A stretch of DNA of 64,000 nt from Takakia lepidozioides (Eukaryota > Plantae > Bryophyta), in the NCBI GenBank assembly GCA_030704615.1, contig CM060733.1:44578001-44642000 (forward strand), read 5' to 3'. Both the position numbers and the translations under genes were made by a program. Positions within the stretch are counted from its first letter, which is position 1. Every line of letters begins with the position of its first letter. The notes below the pieces were generated by a model. It saw only the letters and a list, made by a program, of their open reading frames with translations, did not search any database and was not told where the DNA came from. Shown in pieces: positions 48,100-60,321 of the stretch.

Positions 48100-50572
48100 T
48101 GTGGCATTTACACATAGGTCAGCCAGATGTCGTTCCAGCCTGACCATATAAATAAGCCACATCATCTAGTTCCATCCTAATCTAATCCTAAACTAGATGT
48201 TAGAATAAGATAGCATATAATAAAGTCGTAGGCTGTTGCCAGCTCATCCTCATGCATTAGGTAGAAGTTCATTCAGACCACATCATAGCTGAGTCCATCC
48301 CTTTTAAATCCCTTGTTCATCCTCCCATCATCCACCTTCCATTCATCTAAGGCAGAAAAACAGGTGAGGGGGAATCCCATCATCACATATGTGATGCATG
48401 CTAGGGCCACTATGAGCTGTGAGCTCCTCGAACTAAGATCTCAGGAAAAACGAAGAAAGAGGTAGCCTAAACAAAACTACACACCCGATGCAAGAGAGAT
48501 GAAAAAACCTAGGGAAGAAAACCTCACCCTGCAAGCTGGGTGGAGGACAAAATATCCCATAGGAAAAACCCCAATTGCTACAAATGGTGCAGAAAACTGT
48601 CACGCAATTCAAAACTACTCTAAAGTGGAAAAAACCATGGCCTGATCACGAGTTGCTCGAGCTGTAGGGGTGAAAATCACCTGGCGATTCTCAACATTCA
48701 AACAGGTTAGATCAAAAGTGAATGTACATGGCACAAGCAGGGAAACATGAACAGGGCTAGCAAGGTGATGAGTGGAAAAATGTTGGGGAATTAACACATA
48801 CTGCCTACCAAGAAGAGTATCAGAAATCAGGTAAGGTCCATCAATCCGCCGCTTGGCCTTGGATACCTGCTTACCAGGCTGAAGCCTTACACATATAGAC
48901 TGCCCTACCTTGAAATACTCAGAATACACAACCCACCTGTTATAATTCTTGGCCTGAGAAGCCTGGGCAAACACAATGTTAGATTTAGCTGTTTCACGCA
49001 AACGACGACGTTTAGCATCCATGGGAAGCAAAAAGACTTCCCAATTTTCAGGCTTAGTAGCTAAAACCTACAGCCAGGAGATATGCAAATGAGTCTGACA
49101 TTTCCTACCATACAAAAATTCAAAAGGTGAGATCTTGGTATTGGCATGGATAGAAGTCCTATAGGCAAAGAGCAGAATAGGCACGGCAATATCCCATTCA
49201 TCAATTAGCGTTCCATTCTTTTTGAACATCTGGCACATAGTTTTGTTAAATCGTTCTGTCAAACCATTGCATTGGGGATTTTAGGGAGCAGTAACGGCAT
49301 GCTGAGTGTTGAGATTAAACAAGACAATCTCCATAAGTTGGTTGCAGAATTCAGTTGCTTGATCCGTGAGGATTTCAAGAGGGCAACCATGACGCGGTAT
49401 CACCTTATCAAAGAAGAACTGCACCACCTCATCACTATCCTTAGCAACCAGAGGTCGGAGCTCAACCCATTTTATCAGGTAATCCATAGCAACCACAAGG
49501 TATGCATGGCCCTTGGACGTGGATTAGATCTAAGCGAACCCTGGCAAATGGTTCAGTCACCGGGATTGGCTGCAAAGGTAAAGGAGCTTCGGTCCTAGGT
49601 AGGATAGTCTTGGCATGACAGGGTACACACCTTGCAATGAAAGCTGAGACATCTTTAACTAAGCCTTTCCAGTGATACTGCTCCTGCAATCTTTTGATAG
49701 TTTTAGCAACCCGCAAATGGCCAGCATAAGTAGAAGCATGGTACAGTTCGAGTAAAGCAGGGACAGTGGACCTAGAAGGGACTTCCATAGCAGAGGTACC
49801 TTCCAAAGCAGTGACTTTGAACAATCTCCCTTCACTTTCCCGGTGGCTGGGTAAGTGATAGTTGACTTGTCTCATGAGCAGCTTGGATATGCCACTAAGG
49901 TGGGTGCCGGTTTTGCACCTGTGGAGGAGAGCATTGTACAATGGATCATCCATGCCTACATCACTTATGGCCACACAATAGCAGATTAGTGCAGGCGAGA
50001 AGAAAGTGGCAGCCCCCGTTCTCTTCCTTTCGTGACCCTGACTTCATTTTCAGTTGGCTGCCTATGAGGAAGCAAGCAGGCTGTAAAGCGCAGCTTAGTC
50101 CCTTGGTCGGGAAACAAACCAAGGTAGTGCAAGACAAGATGAACAGGCCTAAGGTAAGGGAAAGTACCAGAGCCTGCTGCATGATGCCAGACCGGAATTC
50201 ATGCCAATACCAAGGAAATTCAACCAACATCAAACTGAAGCACATCCCAAGTGTCAAGCAGATCTGGAGGAACATAAGGATAATCCAGCAGATGACACAA
50301 GACAAATGGATCCGAAACAGGCACAACAGGTGAAGTAGAATGCGAAGTGTGAGGAACAAGGTCATGCAAGGTAGTGTAACGTTCAGGGATTTTGGGTTCT
50401 CCTCGAGTCAAAGCATCTGCATTGACATTTCCTTCCCACGCTTGTAAGATATGGTGAAGTCATAGCCTTGCAGTCACAGAGCCCACCTAGCTAATCTGCC
50501 AGTGAGTTCACGAGGAGTAAGCAAGGCTTTCAAAGGTAAATGATCAGTTTCAATTGTAAAATGACAAACATG
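48100..50572 (-). mobile_element. Ty3/Gypsy retrotransposon remnant (RNase H end, integrase, 3' region/LTR)
   Basis: IETDHLPLKALLTPRELTGRLARWAL, YHASTYAGH...CVPCHAK (zinc finger), DYLIKWVE, TDQATEF, LTERFNKT and RIDGPY. Frameshifted. Confidence 0.88.
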
Positions 50573-50579
50573 AACGCAA

Positions 50580-50878
50580 CTACTCTATCACAGACAAAGA
50601 GGGCTTAGCTGTAATTTTTGGTGTGAAGTATTTTTGCAAGTACCTTCATGGATGTCCCTTTGTAATTGAAACTGATCACCTTCCATTGAAAGCTTTGCTT
50701 ACTCTTAGGGAGCTAACTGGGAGGCTGATTCTACAGGCTTATGAATTCAAGATTACCTTCAAGCGGGGCAATGACAACATTAATAGCCCTTACTCGTGGG
50801 GAAACCAAGCAAGCAGCCCCTTACACCAGCCTTGATGATTTGCTTCTTATTCCCTCTCCCACAGCTCAACCTATTCAT
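50580..50878 (+). mobile_element. Ty3/Gypsy RNase H fragment (5' part of the copy split by the CACTA)
   Basis: GLAVIFGVKYFCKYLHGCPFVIETDHLPLKALL...LQAYEFKITFKRG. Confidence 0.8.
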
Positions 50879-51819
50879 CACTACAACAGATGAGCGTTTT
50901 TATGGCTGCACATATGGCTATTTTTTCAGTCCTATATGCGTTCATGACTACATCACTTTGTAGTGAAAAAAACCCTGTCATAGCGACTAGTCTTTAGGAC
51001 TGCATTTTGCAAGTCATAGCCATGACTGTGTGCGCGGCACCTGGAGTCATGTATAAGAGAGTGATGTAGTCACAACTCTATGACTTACATATGATTAACT
51101 ATATGACTACATTGTCTGAGCCTTGCCTACATGGAGAGGCTTTAGAGGAACACATGCACCACTGCGCAAGCGACACGTCACGACATCTGTTGCACTTCAG
51201 CTGTGACATGTGGCAGTTAGTCAGAATATATGACTAGCATATATGACTATTTATTTTACACGTGTTGAAAATATGGATAAAAGAATGTCGTGTCATATAA
51301 TGCCACGTGTTCTAGTTCGAACAAGGTTTATGCCACGTGTCATCAAGAATGTATCTGAAAATAATTTAATAGTTTATATTTTAAATTTTAAATTCTTAAA
51401 TTTATATTTTATTTTTGAAAACAGGGGGTAGCAGCTTGGAAAAATTTATTAAATGGTATTATTGTTTAATTTAATAATGTTATATAAAATGAAAATAGAT
51501 GAAATGATTTAAATTCTTCATTACATGGTGAAATTCCGATATAAAAACAGAATGGACCCCTCTTGCATACTAGCAACCACAAGGACATTCAAAATAGACA
51601 AGTACAGGGGTATACACGCCCTGTAAATTATATTACAAAAATCCAAATGAGACCAATGTCCCAATGGACACCTGAAAGGCCACAAGGTCCAAAAATCCAT
51701 GCTTGAAAAGGCCCAGTAAGCAAAAATAAACAAGCCCACACATGGGTTGAATTGTTGTAGTACTAGTTTGTTCTGGTGCTACTAGAATCAAGGACCCTGT
51801 TAAACAGTGCAATACTTAC

Positions 51820-53860
51820 TAAGAGGGAAAAACAGGGTTAAATGTGTTGAAGAAGGTGCCTTGATTAACAGTGCCTGATTTGATCAATTGTGCCGTTGCT
51901 GTTACGACTTCCAGTTGACCATCTACCCATGCAGGTTTCTTGTACCTATTCTTCCACAAGGAATCATAGGTAATCTGGAGCTTGAAATCCGGCCCTCTTG
52001 GATGAATCTGCACCCACACTCTATCCCTGCTCCTTCAGCTATCCATGCCCCTGCACAAATCATGCATACATCCTTGCCTTGTTGCTAGCAGCTGACAATG
52101 ACAACCTAGAATTGCTGGAGCAAACACCCCAACCCTACTTATCACACTAGTTCCTATGCTGACTTGCGTCTGCTTCCAATAGGTTCACCTTTTGCCTCGA
52201 TTGTTCTACCATTGACTGAGGTCGGAAACGTATTCATCCTAGAGCTTCTCCTCGAGTCTCTGTTATCTATTTTTCGATACTTTCTTGTCGACCACATTGG
52301 CAGTAACATGTCATAAACCAACGAGCTAACTTGCAAAATTCAACATGAAAATTTAGGGACGACTCTGATAGCAGGGGAAAACAAGGAGAAATATGTTGAA
52401 GAATGTACCTTCATTAGCAGCGCCTTGTTCTATGAATTGTGCTGCTGCCGCTGCTGTTTCCAGTTGACCATCTACCCACTTGTAGCCGTTGTGCTATTGA
52501 AGAAGGTGCCCCCTTCCCCCATCATTTGATCATAGGTCTCCAAAGCCTCCATACCACGTCCTTGCTCTGCATACCCTGCAAGCATCACATTCCATGACAC
52601 CACATCTCGTTCAGCCTATGTCAGTTTGCCTGCCTCACAAAGCATCTTCAAATGCCCATAAGTGCCAGAAGAGGCATTGTGGACTCTCTCTCTTGATCCA
52701 CTTCCAGAAGTTGTACTGGTCACGGTTGATGTGCCTGGTTTTATCAACTGTGCCGCTGCAGCTGCTGCCTTCAGTTGACCATCTACCCATGCAGGTTTCT
52801 TGTGGTTATTGATCCACAGGGAATCATAGGTAATCTTGTGCTTGAAATCTGGCCCTCTTGGAAGAATCTGTACCCACTCTCTATCCCTGCTCCTTCAGCT
52901 ATCCATGCGTCTGCACAAAATCATGCATTCATCCTTGCTTTGCTGCTAGCAGCTGACAATAACAGCCTAGACACCCAACTCAGCTTATGACCCTAATTCC
53001 TATGCTGAATTGCGTCTGCTACTCTCTGTAATCTAACAGGCATTCACCTTTTTGCCTCGATTGTCTCACCATTGAGTGGGGTCACAAAAGTATCCATTCC
53101 ACAGCTTCTCCTCATCTCTGTTACATACTTTCATGTTGTCACATTGGCAGTATCATATCAAACTCACTCCAAACTAGATTCACTCAACCAGCTAACTTGC
53201 AGAATTCAACAAGAAAATTTATGGCCGATTCTGATAAGAGGGAAAAACGGGGTGAAATGTGTTGAAGGAGGTGCCTTCAGTAGAAGTGCCTGACTTTATC
53301 AATTGTGCCGCTGCTGTTGCCACTTCCAGTTGACCATCTACCCATGTAGGTTTCTTGTAGCTATCATTCCACAGGGAATCATAGGTAATGTGGAGCTTGA
53401 AATCCAGCCCTCTTGGATGAATCTGGACCCACACTCTATCCCTGCTCCTTCAGCTATCCATGCCTCTGACAGCCTAGAATTCTACCAGCAAACACCCCAA
53501 CCATACTGGTGTGGAGTTCTTCCCCAAAACACCCCAACCCTACTTATCACAATCTGAAATGCATCTGCTTATCTTTGTAATCCAACAGGCATTCACCTTT
53601 TTGTCTCCATTGTCCCACCATTGACTGGGGTTGGAAAGTGTTCACCCCAAAGCTTCTCCTCACCTCTGTTATATGTTTTTGGATACTTCCCTGCTGCCAC
53701 CCTGGCAGTAACTTGCCAAAGTCACTCCAAACCACCATAGATCTACCCAACGACCTAACTTACAGAATTCAATATGCATCTTGCGGCCGAGTCTGATGAG
53801 AGGGCAACACAGGTAGAAATAGGTTGAAGAAGAAGGTGCCCTTACCACATTGTCCTTGAC
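51820..53860 (-). pseudogene. Captured tandem OSB-type PDF-motif exons (3 units) plus a PPR fragment (52500-52615)
   Basis: Units encode EEKLW..Y..DPSQW.DNRGK | intron | IHPRGPDFKLQITYDSLWKNRYKKPAWVDGQL. The PPR piece reads AERDVVSWNVMLAGYAEQGRGMEALETYDQM. Confidence 0.75.
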
Positions 53861-55049
53861 CTCGTGTCCTGACCCATGGAGGATTTGACCGACCATCAAT
53901 CCAAAAGGACCTCTTGTGTGTACTACTTGTGTCTGTAGTCAGGTAATGTCGGATTGGTCTGTGAGATCGAACTACTACGGCGCAGCTGAGTAGGTAGAGA
54001 TTGAAACACACCTGCTAAGACCAAGCTGACTCTCCCAAGAACAGCGAGCTTATCCTCGTCTCGTCTCACTACAAGAGATGAGCGTTTTTAAAACTACGGA
54101 TTTGGCAGTATACGACTACAGAGCGCTGAAATGCGTTGCAGTCATAGTTTTATCACTTTATAGTAATGGATATCACTACATGACACCGGAAAATTAGGGA
54201 GCATTGGTCAAACATTGTTGACCATGATGACAAAGATGGTTTTATGACTAGTGTGATATGTTTGACTACACGTGGACGACGTTTCATGGAATCTTGTGAC
54301 TCCATGACTAAAGATGGTTTTATAGCTCTATTTATACGACTACATCCTTACACGTGTCATTTTGAAAGCACATACATGAATGTATTCATCCATGAATGTA
54401 TTCATCCATTGGATGAGTTTATCCATCGATGACATGACATGTAAACTTATGAGTCTCTTACTGCAAATTGTTTCATAACTCTATATATATGACTACATCA
54501 CTACACGTGTCATTTAAAAGGCATATACATTAATGAATTTATTCAATGGATGGGTTCATCCATCTGCCTATACGGTGTGTCGATTTGATATCTGTTCAAT
54601 AAACTGGACCTGGATGGACGTGGCTTAACAAGGATCGCAAGATATATGAGATTAAAATACGCAATGGTCATGGTTGTACAAGGTTAGGGATATGCAGGGG
54701 CGTGGGATGGAGGCTTTGCAGACCTTCCTACTCTTGAGCAAATGATGCAGGAAGGAGAAGAGGAGGAGGAGATGAGACGAGGAGAAGATCCCAACATTCT
54801 TGTGAGCTCGCCGTTCTTGGGAGAGAGACGAGATGAGGAGAAGCTCGCCGTTCTTGGGAGAGTCAGCTTGGTCTTAGCATGCCGTGTTTCAATCTCTGCC
54901 TGCTCAGCTGCACCGTGGTGGTTCAATCTCACATACCAATCCGGCATTATCTGACTACAGATACAAGTAGCACACACAAAGGGTCCTTTTGGGTTGATGG
55001 TCGGTCAAATCCTCTATGGATCATGACACAAGGTAAAGGACAATGTGGT

Positions 55050-58000
55050 GAGGATACCTTCTTCTTTGACATATTTCAGCCTGTTTTGCCCTGTTTGGCA
55101 GCATGAAAGTATCAAAAAATAGGTAATAGAGATAAGGAGAAGCTTTGGAATGAACACTTTTCCGACCCCAGTCAATGGCGGGACAATGGAGACAAAAAGG
55201 TGAATGCATGTTGGACTACACTAGAGAGAAGTAGATGCAATTTAGAATTAGAACTACTGTAATAATTAGGGTTGGGGTTTGCTGGAAGAACTTCACGCCA
55301 TCAGTGTCAGCTGCTAGCAGCAAGTATTCATGATTTGTACACAGACAAGGATAGTTGAAGGACTAGGGATAGAGGTCCAGGTTCATCCAAGAGGGCCGGA
55401 TTTCAAATACAAGATTAGTTCTGATTCCCCATGGATCAATAGCTACAAGAAATCTGCTAATGAGAAAATGGTCTGCTAATGAAGGCACGTTTTTCAACAC
55501 ATTTCACCCTGTTTTTCCCTCTTATCAGAATCGGCCCTAAATTTTCATGTTGAATTCTGCAAGTTAGTTGGTTGAGTGAACCTGGGATAGTTTGGAGTGA
55601 CTTTGATATGATACTGCCAATGTGACAACAGGAAAGTATCCAAAAGAGGTAACAGAGATGAGGAGAAGCTTTGGAATGAATACTTTTCTGACCCCAGTCA
55701 ATGGTGGGACAACCGAGGCAAAAATGTAAATACCAGTGTTGGGCGGTTACCCGCCTGGGCCCCGGGTAACCGCAGGTTCCGGTTCCGGTTATGTGGAACC
55801 GGACCCGCCTGTGCAGAACCGGAACCGGAACCGGAACCGCTCATTGGGGATTGTGTGGGAACCGGAACCGGCGGTTCCAGCTCCAAAGCGGTTCCGGTTC
55901 CGGTCCAAATTTATGTATTTTTTTTAGATGTGCTTTTGCTGCACCATAAAAGGTAACCATAGAATTACACATGTTTAATTTGTTTTGTATTTTGAATTAA
56001 GATCCTTATGTAGTTAGTTTGTTTTAGTTGTTTTTTGCTACACCGTACGACAACTTATAAAATCTCTGGTTTTCCGTTTTTAATGGAGACCATGCGTATA
56101 TAACTAGTTATATATACCATAAAAGACAATCACAAAAAACATATAAGTTTATTTACTTCTGTTTTACTAATAAATTCCCTGGTTTTAGTTGAAAATTCTC
56201 AGTATGACCAATCAGATCAGTTCATCTAATTTTCCAGAAGAATAAAAAATTAAAAGAATTTAATATATTTTTAAAAAAGAACCGGAACCTAACCGGAACC
56301 GGTGTTTTTTTTCCAGCAACTAACCGGTAACCGGAACCGCCCCCATGTTAAAAAGTCGGAACCTGAACCGGACCGGAACCGCCTTAATAAAAAATAACCG
56401 GATCCGGATCCGGAACCGTCTCTTCAAAAATTTGTGGAACCGGAACCGAAGGTTCCTTCACAAAGGCAAGAACCGCCCAACACTGGTAAATACCTGTCAG
56501 ATTACCCGATGTCATTTTGAACACTGCCCCTGCCTTGGTGGACATGTATGTCAAATGTGGGTGCATCGAGGATGCAAAGGGAGTGTTCAACACTATGGCT
56601 GAACGAGATGTGGTGTCATGGAGTGCGATGTTTGCAGGGTATGCACAACAGGGGCGTGGGATGGAGGCTTTGGAGACCTATGAGCAAATTATGAGGGAAG
56701 GGATACTGAAGCTCGACCACATAACGTGTGTATGTGTTTGCAATGCGTGTGCAAGCCTGGCAGCCCTGGAAAAGGGCAAAAGGTCCATGGTTGCATCGTC
56801 AAAGCTGCAAATGTACCAGATGTCATTTTGAACACTCCCCTGGTGGACAATATGTATGCCAAATGTAGGTGTAGCAAGGATGCAAAGGGAGTGTTCAACA
56901 ACATGGCTGAACAAGATGTGGTGTCTTGGAGTACCATGATGACCACCTTCCCCGGTGAGTCTCTCTCTCTCTCCTCCTCTGATGCCCTCACACTGTCCAG
57001 TGGAAATACAGTTAGGCATTAAACCTCCCTAAACTTGTTTTGAATATGTGACATGGGCAAGGACCTTAAGGACTATCTCAATGGCCTACTTGCCCTCGTC
57101 GCTAGACTGAAATTTAAACTCGGGGTGGGAAACTACAAGTGCATCCACGAGCTACCACACTTAACATACATGTTGACAAGGGTGTTGTGTAGAAAAGAAT
57201 TTAATGCCTTCAATCCACTTAATATAATGTGAGCATATGCACCTGATTTTCAGTTCGTAGGCCTTTCAGCTTGATGCTCTTATGCTTGAGACAGGGGACT
57301 TAGGTATCTGAATATGCTGAAATTATGCCTAGCTGGTTGAAGTTTGTAGAGCCTCTTTTCAGTTGCAGGATGGGGAAGGCAGGGGGAAAGGAGGCGGGGG
57401 TAAAATAGAATACTGTTCAGTATGACTCTTGGAGCAATTCCAGCTTAAAATGTGATGATGTCACCATTGGGGCATGGACCTCTTGGTCGTTTACAAGGGA
57501 CTTGGTAGGGTCAGCATGATCATAGGAGTGTATGAAGGCTGGCAGCCCTGGAATTTTATAACCAGATGTCAATCTGAACATCCCCTAATTCTGGACATAT
57601 ATGCCAATGTCAATGGAGTTTTCAACACTATGGCTAAACGAGATGTGGTGTCGTGGAGTGCGATGCTTGCAGGGTATGCACAGCTGGGGTGCGGGATAGA
57701 GGCTTTGGATACCTATGAGCAAATGATGGGGGAAGGGTGAAGCTCAACCACATCATTTTAGTGTTTGTTTGCAGTGCGTGAGCAAGCCTGACAGCCCTAG
57801 AAAAGGGCAAAGAGGTGCATGGTTGCATCACCAAAGCTGGAATTGTACCATATGTGATTTTGAACAATATGTTGAGTTGAGTTGTTTGTTTCCTAGAACA
57901 AATATAGGCTGTCATTGTTAGCTGCTAGCAGCAAGACAAGGATTTATGCATGATTTGTGCAGAGGCATGGATAGGTGAAGGAGCAGGGATGGAGTGTGGG

Positions 58001-58750
58001 TCCAGATTCATGTAAGAGGGCCAGATTTCAAGCTCCAGATTACCTATGATTCCCTGTGTCGAAGGATAGCTACAAGAAACCTGCATGGGTAGATGGTCAA
58101 CTGGAGCCGTAGCAGCGACACAATTGATAAATCAAGCACTGGTAACGAAGACACCTTCTTCAATAGCACAGCGGCTACAAGTGGGTAGATGGTCTACTAG
58201 AAACAGCAGCGGCAACAGCACAATTGATAGAACAAGACACTACTAATGAAGGTACGTTCTTCAACATATTCCACCCTGTTTTCCCCTGTTATCAGAGTTG
58301 TCCCTATATTTTCATGTTGAATTTTGCAAGTTAGCTCCGCGTTGGTGGATCTCTGGTGGTTTTGAAATGATTTTGACATATTATTGCCAATGTGGTCGAC
58401 AGGAAAGTATTGAAAAAACATATAACAGAGACGAGGAGAAGCTCTGGAAAGAATACGTTTTCGACCCCAGTCAATGGTGGAACAATTGAGGCAAAAATGC
58501 TTGTTGGAAGTAGACGCAAGTCAGCGAGTATGGTAAGTAGGGTTGGGGTGTTTGCTGGAACAATTCTAGGCTGTCATTGTCAGCTGCTAGGAGCAAGCCA
58601 ATGATATATGCAGAGGCATGGATAGCTGAAGGAGCAGGGATAGAGTGCATGGGTCCAGATTCATCCAAGAGGGCCGGATTTCAATCTCCAGATTACCTAT
58701 GATTCCCTGTGGAAGGATAGCTACAAGAAACCTGCATGGATAGATGATCA
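55050..58750 (+). pseudogene. Captured PDF-motif exons and PLS-PPR repeats in the inner CACTA
   Basis: NRDEEKLWNEYFSDPSQWWDNRGKN (55651-55725). Intron 55200-55380 is followed by VHPRGPDFKYK. PPR repeats lie at 56505-56945 and 57560-57875, and further PDF halves at 58006, 58424 and 58659. Confidence 0.75.
55734..56485. mobile_element. hAT-superfamily MITE, 752 bp
   Basis: Perfect 15-bp TIR CAGTGTTGGGCGGTT / AACCGCCCAACACTG, perfect 8-bp TSD GTAAATAC (55726-55733 / 56486-56493), and (GAACCG)n subterminal repeats. Confidence 0.93.
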
Positions 58751-60321
58751 ATTGGTTGGTTTTGAGCTGAAGAGCACGACCCCTGCAGGGATGTCTCTCC
58801 ATCTGTAGATCTTTTAGGAAGTGGAAGGCTAGGGCCCAACTTTCTTATGACAGTGTTAGCTGATTTTCAGTTCTTCTCCTCAGCTCGGTGCCTTTCTGTT
58901 TCCAAGTTATGGCAGTAGTTTCTGGCTGCAGTCTCTTTTCCTGCTAGACTCTTTAGCTCTATGCAGACCCCCTTCTTTGCTTGCCTTCCTTCTTACTACT
59001 CTTTCTTGTCTTGGTACGCGAAGCTGTGTCTTCCTCTTTCAGCCTCTATGGCACTCTATCCAGAGGTTATTTTTTCCTCTTTGTATCCAAGGACATTTTA
59101 TGTCCATTACCTATAAAGTTCTGGAGGCCACTGTCCCCCACTGTCCCTCTTTGTTAACAAAAATAAAAATAAAAAAGACAACAATGGCTTCCATTCTATT
59201 TTCCTAGAAACCTAATGAGAATTTAAATCAATTAATAATCTAAATATTATAATTATATGATTTAATTTATTAAATTAAAATCTTATTAAAAAACCTCTTT
59301 AGTCATGAAGTTATATACTCATGACTACATCATGGCAACGTGGCATTATATGATACGATATTCTTTCCCACGTGTAGGTCATATATGTTGTCCATGTGGA
59401 CACGTGTCACATCCGAAGTGCTACATGTATCCCTCTGACGCCTCTCCAATGGAGTCATACTTTGTAGACATGTAGTCATATAGTTAGTCATATATAAATC
59501 ATATAGTTGTGACTACATCGCTCTCTACAACATGACTCCAGGTGCCACGCACGCAGTCACGGCTATGACTTGCAAAACGCAGTCCTAAAGACTAGTCGTT
59601 ATGACAGGGTTTTTTCACTGCAGAGTGATGTAGTCATGAATGCATATAGGACTGAAAAAAATAGTCATATGTGCAGTCATAAAAACGCTCATCTGTTGTA
59701 GTCTCTCTCCCAAGAATGGCGAGCTCACTTCTCCTCGTCTCGTCTCCTCCTCCTCTTCTCTTTCCTGCATCATTTGCTCAACGCCTTCATCCCACGCCCT
59801 GCATATCCTGCTATCATCGTGTTCCATCCCTCAGCTACGTGGTATGGCGCAGGAGACAAAAAAACGCCAAGTCCCAGCCCTCCTCTGTATTCACGATACC
59901 TTATTTGCTAATAAGGTTACCTTAAAGTTGCAACCTTATTAGCAACTTTTTAACTTTTTAAAACCTAATGGGCAACCTTATTAGCATTATATGTGCCTTC
60001 AAAATGACACGTGTAGTGATGTAGTCATTAAATAGAGTTGTGAAACCATCTTCAGTCATGGAGTCATAAGATTCCATGAAACCTCGTCCACGTGTAGTCA
60101 AACATATCACACTAGTCATATAAACCATCCATGTCATCATGGTCAACAATGTTTGACCAATGCTCCCAAACTTTCCGGAGTCATGTAGTGATATCCATTA
60201 CTACAAAGTCATAAAACTATGACTGCAACGCATTTCAGCGCTCTGTAGTCGTCTACCTAGTGCAGTTTTTATGACTCCGCCAAAGCCGTAGTCCTAAAAA
60301 CGCTCATATCTTGTAGTGCAT

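Larger units (their letters stand above)
54067..59701 (-). mobile_element. Inner inverted copy of the same CACTA family
   Basis: 54067 CACTACAAGAGATGAGCG matches the outer right end, and 59240-59701 is the reverse complement of the outer left end. TSD TCT; the terminal TG is lost at 59701. Confidence 0.85.
50879..60318 (+). mobile_element. Non-autonomous CACTA (Pack-CACTA) element, outer copy, 9440 bp
   Basis: Termini CACTACAACAGATGAGCGTTTTTA and TAAAAACGCTCATATCTTGTAGTG, with 3-bp TSD CAT (50876-50878 / 60319-60321) and ATGACT/AGTCAT subterminal repeats. No transposase seen. Confidence 0.92.
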
